Shown piece after piece: positions 47,370 to 55,419 of a DNA stretch of 64,000 nucleotides. Under the pieces are notes generated by a model that worked only from the letters and a program-made list of their open reading frames with translations, did no database searches and was not told the origin of the DNA. Made by a program: the position numbers and the translations under genes. Origin of the DNA: Clostridiales bacterium (GTDB taxonomy: Bacteria > Bacillota > Clostridia > Saccharofermentanales > Saccharofermentanaceae); the NCBI GenBank assembly GCA_017511005.1, contig JAFWLP010000069.1:1918-65917 (forward strand), in the 5' to 3' direction. Position 1 is the first letter of the stretch; each line of letters opens with the position of its first letter.

Positions 47370-49205
47370 TCAGTCTTTGCGGTTTTTCTTCTTGGCCTTT
47401 TTCTCAAGATACATGGCTTTATCGGCTTTGCTCATGCAGTCGACGAGCTCTCCCCATTCAGTAAGTTCACAGGTGCCGATGCTTGCGCTTAATTCAAACG
47501 GATATTTGCCTTTCGCATTGGCTTCCTTGATGTTGGTCCTGACCTTCCTGATGAACTGGCCTATCCTTCCGACATCCGAAAGTATCAGCACTGCTTCGAA
47601 CTCATCGCCGCCCATCCTGGCAACAAACTCCTTGGGATTGAGCGCATTATAGACACACTTGGCTATCTGCTTGATCGCCTCATCACCGGAATTGTGACCA
47701 AATGTATCGTTAATATACTTAAGTCCGTCCATATCGATGGAAACGACGGCGAGATCGTAGAGCTTTTTGCGGTCCTTATCGAAAAGCTCGGTAATACGCT
47801 TATCAAAGCCCTTTCTGTTAAGAAGCCCGGTAAGTGAATCCTTGATGTAAAGATCCATAATGTCGGCGATACCGAAATATTTCTGGTACAGATCAAGCTT
47901 GTTGATGACCTGCCCGACCTGCATAAAGATGAATTCGATCTTCTCGTTGATGAATCCGTTTTCAGCCGTATCTACTACCAGGACAGCGTAACCGTAAACG
48001 ACGTTCTTGTTTACGACAGGAAGGAAGATGACAGTACCGTTAACATCATCAAGGAACCCCTCCGGCAGAAGCTTGTCATTCGGGAATGAGACGGCTTCAC
48101 CTACCGCGCCGTTGCTGTCGATGTATCCGCTCAGGAGCCTGTCGTTCTCGCAGTATCTGCAAAGATAGCATTCCTTGACACTCGAGAATTTCCTGAGATT
48201 CTCTAAAGTAACCTTGATCAGCGATTCACGGGTCAGGCACTCCTCGAAATCCGTGCTTAACAGCACGTATTCCCTCATTGATTCTATTGAATTTGACTTT
48301 GCCACTTTCAGATCGCGCAAAGCCTGATAGACGTCACGCCCGGTATCCTCATCACCGGTACTCTCCCTGAACACGATATCACCGGAGACATTGACATAAA
48401 GATCAGTGTTCTCATTGGCATGTATCTTCTCGAGAAGCTCCATAGCCGCATTGGCAAGCGTCTCTTCCGATATCTCGATAGTCGTAAGTGACGGAATGTG
48501 ATCTCCCGCATCAGCGATATTGTCGATTCCGCTTATCATGGTGTCGCCGGGTACGGAGAAGCCTCTCTGGATGAGTTCGTCAATGAGCGCAACCGCCTCG
48601 TAGTCATTTGAACATATGATGGCTTCAGGAAGCGCGCCGTCCTCTTTTGTAAAGAAATCCGCCGTCTCAGGACCCTGGTTGATCCAGTAATTGCCGTGGA
48701 AGATCATGTCTTCCCTGACCTCGTAACCGACCTCGCGCATTGCATCCTCAAAGCCCGCTCTTCTCTCAGCCGAGTCAAGAAGGTCGTCTCTTCCAGTAAC
48801 AAAGCCGATATCACCGGTCTCGCACTTTGAGATGACATACCTGGCGATCTCGTGCATTATCGCCCTGTTATCGGGAACGACATTGAAGAAACCGTTGATC
48901 TCGGCCCTTATGCAGACAATGGGCGGAACGTCAGGATCGTTAAGCAGTTCCTCGATAAGTTCCTTGGAAAGACCTGCCTGGTCGATGGTATCGGCGCACA
49001 GTATTATTCCGTCGTAGTCGTGAATCTTCGGCAGCGAGAGAATGCTCTTATATCCGATAACCTGAAGAGGGTTATTGCTGGGCACCGAGCAGTTGCCGAA
49101 AACATCCACCCTATGACCTTTCTTCCTGGCATAGGCATCAATGCTTCTGATGATGGACGCGGAGTAGTCCCTGTACATGTCTCCGATAAAAGCACATATT
49201 TTCAT
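47370..49205 (-). CDS. Diguanylate cyclase with N-terminal LacI-type sugar-binding domain (no HTH)
   Basis: DN...ERRAGF...GNY...PEAIICSND...VPGD..ISGID...PSLTT; DSLTGLLNR, NDTFGH and intact GGDEF. Confidence 0.9.
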   Translation of the reverse strand: MKICAFIGDMYRDYSASIIRSIDAYARKKGHRVDVFGNCSVPSNNPLQVIGYKSILSLPKIHDYDGIILCADTIDQAGLSKELIEELLNDPDVPPIVCIRAEINGFFNVVPDNRAIMHEIARYVISKCETGDIGFVTGRDDLLDSAERRAGFEDAMREVGYEVREDMIFHGNYWINQGPETADFFTKEDGALPEAIICSNDYEAVALIDELIQRGFSVPGDTMISGIDNIADAGDHIPSLTTIEISEETLANAAMELLEKIHANENTDLYVNVSGDIVFRESTGDEDTGRDVYQALRDLKVAKSNSIESMREYVLLSTDFEECLTRESLIKVTLENLRKFSSVKECYLCRYCENDRLLSGYIDSNGAVGEAVSFPNDKLLPEGFLDDVNGTVIFLPVVNKNVVYGYAVLVVDTAENGFINEKIEFIFMQVGQVINKLDLYQKYFGIADIMDLYIKDSLTGLLNRKGFDKRITELFDKDRKKLYDLAVVSIDMDGLKYINDTFGHNSGDEAIKQIAKCVYNALNPKEFVARMGGDEFEAVLILSDVGRIGQFIRKVRTNIKEANAKGKYPFELSASIGTCELTEWGELVDCMSKADKAMYLEKKAKKKNRKD

Positions 49206-49390
49206 AGCATCAGTATAATCAACAAAGAAAACCTGATGATAAAGAACTGATTAACTATTGATGAATAAAAATCGAAAATTATATTGCGCGGCGGGCACCA
49301 TGCAGTTGCTGTGTGGCCTTGAAAAACACGATTGATATTGTACAGACTCCGCGAACACATGAATGAATTATGCGGGTCCTCAAAAATACG

Positions 49391-49502
49391 ATTTCCAAAA
49401 TTTTTCCTGATTTGTCTAAAACAGGAAATGTTTTGAGTAAAATCACAGCATTTTACTAAAATCATTTTCTAAATCCGGCAATTCAGGAAATTTTCAGGAA
49501 AT
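49391..49502. repeat. Long imperfect palindrome (~112 bp)
   Basis: Inner arms 49426-49443/49450-49467 pair 16/18; outer TTTCCTGA/TCAGGAAA and ATTTCC/GGAAAT. Confidence 0.65.
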
Positions 49503-49532
49503 ACAAGCGTTGACGAATATAAAAACGATCTT

Positions 49533-50255
49533 TCAAAGAACTGCGGCCACGGTCTTGAAGAGCACACCGATATCCTTGAAGAACCCGAATTCCTTAACAG
49601 ACTTGAGATTGTATTCCATTTTCGCGGGAAGGATCTCATTGACATAGACCTCGTCAGCATCCTCGGCTTTCTCAAGAAGCTCGGCCTCATCCTTATACTC
49701 GATGCTCGCTATCGAAGTTATGCCTGCCGGCATGAGAAGCGTGGCGTTCATCTCGTCCGTGTATCTGTCAACATATTTGACGACTTCGGGTCTCGTGCCG
49801 ACAAAGCTCATGTTGCCTGCAAGCACGTCGAAAAGCTGCGGAAACTCATCGAGCCTGTGATCCCTGAGCTTCGCGCCGACCTTTGTGATCCTGCTGTCAT
49901 TATCCACGGTAACGCTGGTACCGATCTTGTCGGCATTGTTGACCATCGTCCTGAACTTGTGGATCCTGAACCTTGCACCATATGCAGTAACTCTTTCCTG
50001 CCGGAAGAACACGGGACCCTTCGAATCACACTTTATCATGATGGCAATAATCAGCATCGGGATCCCGAGCAGGATAATGAGATCAAGGGACGCGAAAATA
50101 TCAAGCAGCCGCTTAAAGAACAGTCCAGCCCTGTGTCTGCTCAGCGCATCGTAATAAGGCCTTACGGCTTCAGTCCGCAGATCATCAGGAAGCGCCTCCC
50201 ATTTGGGAAGGATGTACCATCTTTTCGGATTTAAACGCTTCTTGGCATCCTGCAT
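49533..50255 (-). CDS. Priming phosphoglycosyltransferase resembling pneumococcal Spr1655 (AATGal-1-P transferase type)
   Basis: KWEALP...PYY, RQERVT, KFRTM, DSRIT, GTRPEV and ATLLMPAGITSIASIEYKDE; subtype assigned from recalled sequence. Confidence 0.8.
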   Translation of the reverse strand: MQDAKKRLNPKRWYILPKWEALPDDLRTEAVRPYYDALSRHRAGLFFKRLLDIFASLDLIILLGIPMLIIAIMIKCDSKGPVFFRQERVTAYGARFRIHKFRTMVNNADKIGTSVTVDNDSRITKVGAKLRDHRLDEFPQLFDVLAGNMSFVGTRPEVVKYVDRYTDEMNATLLMPAGITSIASIEYKDEAELLEKAEDADEVYVNEILPAKMEYNLKSVKEFGFFKDIGVLFKTVAAVL

Positions 50256-50302
50256 ATCTTACTTAATCCCCGCTCCGTTGTTCTACCATAATACCTGAAA
50301 AC

Positions 50303-51811
50303 TTACAGAATGACCGCTCCGATGACCGGGGTCCCGCCGTTTGCGATAAGCACGATCTCGTTGGAGACATCTTTGATCAGGGAGACTTTTCGCTGCTCCA
50401 AAAGAACAACTCCGTCATAACCGGAGACAGCCTTGAGCACTTCTGGATCCTTATTGATACCGGGTCTGAGATCGCCCTTAAGCCCAAGAGCCTTTACAGT
50501 CTCACCCATAGCCTTGGGATCGCCCGTGCCGGTAATGAGAATCTTTCCATAAGGTTCAGTGACATTCGCATAATTGGCGGCAGTTAGCTTCAGATGAACA
50601 TCCTTGTTCAATCCCGAATCGTCTTCAGTCTTAATATCGATGAAAGTACTGAACTTGGAGCGCTTGCCGGAAGGCTTCATGACACCGATCTTCCTGACAC
50701 CTGTAAACAGCGCGAAAAACTGCGCCTGCGTGATGATCTTACCCGCAAAGACATACTTCAGGATAAAGAATACCACAGCAACGAAAAGACCTGCGGCAAA
50801 ACCGATGGCACCAAGCTTGACTGCGGGCTTTATCATTGACAGAATGCCTGCATCGGCGGAAGACAACCCGACTGCGCCGGCATCATTCTCAGCAAAGTAC
50901 GTCAGCATTTCTTCTTTGCCTGACAGACCGAGCTCATCCGCGATCTTATCAAGGGATTCATCGTAAGTGACTATCTGCTTCTGCAATGTCTCGAGTCTTG
51001 CGGTCTGATTTACCTGACCCTCTCTCGTGGCAGGATCGATCCTTATGACCTGCTGGATGCCTACGACAGATATCTTATGAGGCGCAACGGAAGAATTCAG
51101 TTCTCCGCACACATTTTCGATCTCTTCGATCACAAGGTTCATAACATCGTCAACGAATTCCCTGGAAGGACCGTAAACGCTGATGTACATGGAGCCTGCT
51201 CTGTCAACATCATTATCAAGGCTTATTATCGTGGAGCCTGCAGCAGTACTGCTGAAAGAGATGAGTTCCTTTATATAGTCGGGTTTTGCGCCATTCCTGT
51301 CAGCATATTCAGAAAGATAGTTGCCTGATTTGATCTCGCGCTCGTACGCACTGAACAGCGCGCTGTCCAGACCGTTGGTGTCATTATCCTCGAGAGTAAG
51401 CACGATCTGCGCTGTCGACTGATACTCGTTCTCGGCATCGATCTGCATGTATACCGAATCGGTGATGTAGCGTCTCTGATTCTCGATCTGTCCGTTGAGC
51501 TTGCCGATCATGTCAACGATGTCTCTCGCCCTGTCGATCTTCTGAACACGGAGCTGATACTGATAATCGGACTCGCTCTCACTGAGCTTTGCCGAAGCGT
51601 CAAGAACATTCCTGGACCTTGCTCCGCGGATCAGCTTATATGAGAACAGAACAGCACCGAGAACGACGGCAATGATCAGGATCAGTCCCGCTCTCCTTAA
51701 AACCGAATACAGCATGTCCCTGATGTTGACGGAAGGATCGTTATCCTCCTGTTCCATCACACGAATCATGCCGTTACCGTTGATGCAGTTATCCGTTTTC
51801 TGTTCCACCAT
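50303..51811 (-). CDS. Wzz-like chain-length regulator with large coiled-coil extracellular domain
   Basis: VNIRDML plus TM, coiled-coil, second TM and degenerate kinase-like tail (YDGVVLLEQ...VIGAVIL); likely start ATG 51811. Confidence 0.65.
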   Translation of the reverse strand: MVEQKTDNCINGNGMIRVMEQEDNDPSVNIRDMLYSVLRRAGLILIIAVVLGAVLFSYKLIRGARSRNVLDASAKLSESESDYQYQLRVQKIDRARDIVDMIGKLNGQIENQRRYITDSVYMQIDAENEYQSTAQIVLTLEDNDTNGLDSALFSAYEREIKSGNYLSEYADRNGAKPDYIKELISFSSTAAGSTIISLDNDVDRAGSMYISVYGPSREFVDDVMNLVIEEIENVCGELNSSVAPHKISVVGIQQVIRIDPATREGQVNQTARLETLQKQIVTYDESLDKIADELGLSGKEEMLTYFAENDAGAVGLSSADAGILSMIKPAVKLGAIGFAAGLFVAVVFFILKYVFAGKIITQAQFFALFTGVRKIGVMKPSGKRSKFSTFIDIKTEDDSGLNKDVHLKLTAANYANVTEPYGKILITGTGDPKAMGETVKALGLKGDLRPGINKDPEVLKAVSGYDGVVLLEQRKVSLIKDVSNEIVLIANGGTPVIGAVIL

Positions 51812-51909
51812 AAAGACTCCCTCAGGGCTTTTCAACTTACAAATTATATTATTATTATTTTTTATATTCAAACAGCGAAATCCACATACCGTAATCTATC
51901 AATCCCCGT

Positions 51910-52020
51910 AATTTCAGTTTACTTTTCTGTTTGAAACTGAACTCTAAACTGAAAAAACACTGGTTTTCCCCAAAATTACAGTTTACATTTCTGTTTGGAA
52001 CCGAATCCTAAACTGAAAAA
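51910..52020. repeat. Two 64-bp-period repeats, each internally palindromic
   Basis: 51910-51956 vs 51974-52020 match 41/47; TTTCAGTTTA-N23-TAAACTGAAA. Confidence 0.8.
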
Positions 52021-52090
52021 CCGGTTTGCCGACGTTTTTCATTTTTGTGCTATTATTCGATTTATATACATCTTTTTTCGGAGGCACGAA

Positions 52091-53413
52091 ATGGAAAACA
52101 CCTCGCTGTCACAGGAAGAATACGGATTTCTCAGCAAACTTATATCTATAGAGAGCACGGGATCACTGCCTTGCGTAGATGCCGTCTGTGGTACCCTTCC
52201 TTACGGAGCCAAGCCCTTTGAGGCTTTGAAGTTCGTCCTTGATGACGCTTCCGCTGCCGGAATGAGGACCGGCATCATCGACAACCGCGTGGGCTGGTGC
52301 GAATTCGGTCCCGCAAATGCGGAACTCATCGGCATCGTCTGCCACCTTGACGTTGTTCCCGCGGGTGACGGATGGGAGACTGATCCTTTCTCGCTTACAT
52401 TAAAGGACGGAACACTCTACGGAAGAGGCATCGTTGACGATAAAGGTCCTGCCTGCGCTGCTTATTTTGCCATGAAGAGACTTCTGGCTGATGGTTTTAA
52501 GCCGGCAAAGAGGATCAGGCTCATCCTTGGTACGGACGAGGAACGCACATGCTCATGTGTCGAGACATATGCGGCAAAGGGCGAGATTCCTGTTTTCGCG
52601 ATTACCCCCGACGCGGAATTCCCTGTCATATATGCCGAAAAAGGCATCCTTCAGGTAAAGGTCCTGTCCGACGGACCGTCCAGGATCACCGCCAAAGGAG
52701 GCTCAGCCGCGAACATGGTCCCTGCATCATGCTCATGCACCATAGACGGCAAAGAATACTCTGCCGCTGGAAAGCCTGCCCACGCTTCCAAACCCGATCT
52801 TGGCGTAAACGCGATCTTTGAGATGATCCGTAAACTTGACAGCGGATCCGTGGACTATTCATCATCCCCGATCCTCTCAATCATCAGTGATGAGATTGCT
52901 TACAAAGAGTCTTCTTACTACACAGGATGCACCGTAAGCGACGAATCGGGCAGCGTTACCGCAAATCCTTCCATGCTCTGCTGCGACGGGGACGGCGAGT
53001 CCCTTGTCATCGACGTCAGGTGTCCGGTCAGCTATTCAATGAACGATATCGTCTCCAACATCGCAAGACTCGCCGCACCATATGAACTCACGGTCGAAGT
53101 GTTGAACAAGATGGATCCGCTCTACAAACCAAGGGACCTGCCGCAGATAGCACTTCTCACGGACATATGGAAGGCAAACATGCCTTCATACAGCGGATAT
53201 AAGCCTGAATACTTATCTTCCTATACGGAACCTGTTGCCATAGGAGGCGGTACGTATGCGCGCCACATGCCGAATACGATCGCGTTCGGCATTCAGGCCC
53301 CCTGGCAGGAGGACCAGTGCCACCAGGCCAATGAATGCCGCGCGCTCAAGGATTTCGAGACCGATATAAAGGTCCTGGGCGAAGCGATACGCGAGCTGGC
53401 AGGAAGGGATTAA
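52091..53413 (+). CDS. M20 family metallo-dipeptidase (PepV/Sapep-like)
   Basis: HLDVVP, GRGIVDDKGP, GTDEE, PDAEFP, GGGTYAR and HQANE motifs; ATG 52091 after GGAGG. Confidence 0.9.
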   Translation: MENTSLSQEEYGFLSKLISIESTGSLPCVDAVCGTLPYGAKPFEALKFVLDDASAAGMRTGIIDNRVGWCEFGPANAELIGIVCHLDVVPAGDGWETDPFSLTLKDGTLYGRGIVDDKGPACAAYFAMKRLLADGFKPAKRIRLILGTDEERTCSCVETYAAKGEIPVFAITPDAEFPVIYAEKGILQVKVLSDGPSRITAKGGSAANMVPASCSCTIDGKEYSAAGKPAHASKPDLGVNAIFEMIRKLDSGSVDYSSSPILSIISDEIAYKESSYYTGCTVSDESGSVTANPSMLCCDGDGESLVIDVRCPVSYSMNDIVSNIARLAAPYELTVEVLNKMDPLYKPRDLPQIALLTDIWKANMPSYSGYKPEYLSSYTEPVAIGGGTYARHMPNTIAFGIQAPWQEDQCHQANECRALKDFETDIKVLGEAIRELAGRD

Positions 53414-53455
53414 TAGTCTTTGCAAGAACAGGACTACAAATAATCAACGACATAA

Positions 53456-53481
53456 AAGGCTGCCTCTTTCGAAGCAGCCTT
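53456..53481. terminator. Terminator between convergent genes
   Basis: AAGGCTGC/GCAGCCTT stem with A/T flanks. Confidence 0.7.
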
Positions 53482-53502
53482 AATTATTCACATGATCAAT
53501 AA

Positions 53503-54849
53503 TTACAGCACTCTTCTTATCGTGGCAATGCCGGACGCCTGCGAGAATACGGATTCAACAACACCGGTCGCCGATGACTGTGCATGAACATAGCGGTCAT
53601 TGCCGACATAGAGCGCAGAGTGTTCCATCGTGCCGTCGCCGTTCTTGTCAAAGCAGATAATGTCACCGACCTGGATATCACTTGCACTGACTTCATAGCC
53701 TTTGTATGACTGGCTTGTCGCGCCGTGCGGCAAGGTGATGCCGTAATAGGTCTGATAGCAGTACATTACGAAGCCTGAGCAGTCGAAACCGCTGGGATCA
53801 GCGCCACCGTAAACGTATCTGCATCCGATGAAGCTTCTGATATATGAAGCGAAATCGCTCCAGTCAACATCGCTTCCGCCGCCGCCATGATATTCCGGAA
53901 CAGGTGTCGGAGTAGGCTTTGTATCCGAAGTATAGCTTGCCTTAACATAGTATCTGTCAGAAGACTTGTACCAGCCGTTATCGGTCTCGGCAACTACGTA
54001 GATCTCAGTTCCCGTTGCCAATGTCGAGAGCAGTGTATATGAGATTCCGGGGCCAGTCCTTGTATTGAGGGCGCAGGTTGAGTAAACGGTAAAATCAACA
54101 TCCCACTCCTCATAATCCTTTGCGGGAGTGCTGCTGCCGCTGTCCTCAGGTTCACTGTAACCGCCGTCGTCATCGTCATCGTCGTCATCATAATCGTAGT
54201 CGTCATAACTGGTGGATGATGATGTATCAGTTTCCGAATCGGAAGATGAAGTCTCAACAGGTGTCGGAGTAGGTGTGGATTCATCCTCAGGATCTACCTT
54301 CGTGGCCGAAAGATGGGTGCTCAGGACATAACCCTGTTTTCCGTCTGCGAGCTTGATGAGTGACCATTCTCTCGTATGTGAGATCCTTGTAACAGCATCA
54401 CCGATCTTAAGCTCGGTTACTTCATCTTCGTTCTCATCTTCCCCGTCATCCTCATCAGCCTCATCATCACCTTCGCCTTCAGCCTTATCATTCTTGGCCG
54501 AAACAAGTACGGCGTCAGAGACTATCCAGTAAGTATTGCCGTCATACGTGATCGGGTCACTGGGATCTGTACCGAATTCTGAAGCGATATCAGAATATGA
54601 GGATACTGCGATTATCGTATAGTCATTAATATCAAAATTACCAAGGCTGACCGGCACATATGCAGTCTCTTCAGCCTGAAGATCACGTCCGTAGAAAAGC
54701 TCTTCGAAAGGAACCGCATCGGGGCCCAGGAGCGACGGGCTCTGAAGATCGATCTCTTCTGAAGAGCCGCATTCATATGCGCTGACACAACCGATGGCAA
54801 TACCCGCCGCCACAACAGCTGATGCTATGTTGATCAATCTATTACGCAC
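53503..54849 (-). CDS. NlpC/P60 peptidoglycan endopeptidase with SH3b domains and acidic linkers
   Basis: Signal peptide; LNTRTGPG; YVYGG, GFDCSGF, HSALY and VHA motifs. Confidence 0.92.
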   Translation of the reverse strand: MRNRLINIASAVVAAGIAIGCVSAYECGSSEEIDLQSPSLLGPDAVPFEELFYGRDLQAEETAYVPVSLGNFDINDYTIIAVSSYSDIASEFGTDPSDPITYDGNTYWIVSDAVLVSAKNDKAEGEGDDEADEDDGEDENEDEVTELKIGDAVTRISHTREWSLIKLADGKQGYVLSTHLSATKVDPEDESTPTPTPVETSSSDSETDTSSSTSYDDYDYDDDDDDDDGGYSEPEDSGSSTPAKDYEEWDVDFTVYSTCALNTRTGPGISYTLLSTLATGTEIYVVAETDNGWYKSSDRYYVKASYTSDTKPTPTPVPEYHGGGGSDVDWSDFASYIRSFIGCRYVYGGADPSGFDCSGFVMYCYQTYYGITLPHGATSQSYKGYEVSASDIQVGDIICFDKNGDGTMEHSALYVGNDRYVHAQSSATGVVESVFSQASGIATIRRVL

Positions 54850-54974
54850 TTTACCTTTTATTCCCTTTCTTGCACAGACTGTTCAGTCCATGCGCAAAAT
54901 CTATAGCTTATTTTATCATTCAATGCTTTGTGAATACTCCGAAAATCAAGCAAAAATCAGGCATATAGCCAATT

Positions 54975-54991
54975 TGTCACGCACATGTAAC
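54975..54991. promoter_or_regulatory. WalR-like (OmpR-family) direct-repeat box upstream of NlpC/P60
   Basis: TGTCAC-N5-TGTAAC. Confidence 0.45.
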
Positions 54992-55010
54992 ATAAAACAA
55001 GGCAATAAAA

Positions 55011-55040
55011 AACCCTTGTAACTCAATATTTACAAGGGTT
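55011..55040 (-). terminator. tRNA operon terminator
   Basis: AACCCTTGTAA/TTACAAGGGTT 11-bp stem with a T tail on the minus strand. Confidence 0.8.
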
Positions 55041-55048
55041 CTATGTTA

Positions 55049-55124
55049 TGGTGGCTCACTGGAGGTTCGAACTCCAGACCCCTTGATTAAAAGTCAAGTG
55101 CTCTACCGGCTGAGCTAGTGAACC
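55049..55124 (-). tRNA. tRNA-Lys(UUU)
   Basis: GGTTCAC...CTTGA CTTTTAA TCAAG...GTTCGAA...GTGAGCC-A-CCA cloverleaf. Confidence 0.97.
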
Positions 55125-55127
55125 AAT

Positions 55128-55202
55128 TGGCTGGGGTGGCAGGATTTGAACCTACGAATGCGGGAGTCAAAGACCCGTGCCTTACCCCTTGGCTACACCC
55201 CA
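55128..55202 (-). tRNA. tRNA-Gln(UUG)
   Basis: TGGGGTG...CTTTGAC...GGTTCAAATCC...CACCCCA-G-CCA. Confidence 0.96.
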
Positions 55203-55223
55203 GTGTAAGAGGCAATAAAAAAT

Positions 55224-55301
55224 TGGGGTGGGATATGGGATTCGAACCCATGATATCTAGTGCCACAAACTAGCGCTCTAACCAACTGAACTAATCCCAC
55301 C
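55224..55301 (-). tRNA. tRNA-His(GUG), with encoded G-1
   Basis: G-GTGGGAT...CTAGT TTGTGGC ACTAG...GGTTCGAATCC...ATCCCAC-C-CCA. Confidence 0.97.
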
Positions 55302-55322
55302 ATGTCAGCCAATTGCCTTGAA

Positions 55323-55351
55323 ATTATAATGGTAAGGGGTTTTCAAGTCAA
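55323..55351 (-). promoter_or_regulatory. Sigma-A promoter of the His-Gln-Lys tRNA operon
   Basis: TTGACT-N17-TATAAT. Confidence 0.85.
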
Positions 55352-55359
55352 GCCATTTA

Positions 55360-55389
55360 TTGCATGTACGGCCTCACATGTACTATAAT
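55360..55389 (+). promoter_or_regulatory. Probable argJ promoter
   Basis: TTGCAT-N18-TATAAT. Confidence 0.55.
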
Positions 55390-55419
55390 GCGACAGAAAT
55401 ATAAACAGAGGTAATTAAC

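Noticed and set aside
49202-49465. 87-aa ORF ending in an ATGA overlap with the GGDEF gene
   Set aside because: It starts inside a palindrome without an SD and has atypical composition. A -10 box directly before the GGDEF ATG is the simpler explanation.
51912-51954. Invertible (phase-variable) capsule promoter
   Set aside because: The inverted repeats enclose only 23 bp, contain no promoter and no recombinase is present. Kept only as a repeat element.
54998-55320. tRNA cluster as an att site of an integrated island; 13-bp repeat AGGCAATAAAAAA at 55000 and 55210
   Set aside because: No integrase and no duplicated tRNA 3' end were seen. The short repeat is better explained as trailer sequence.
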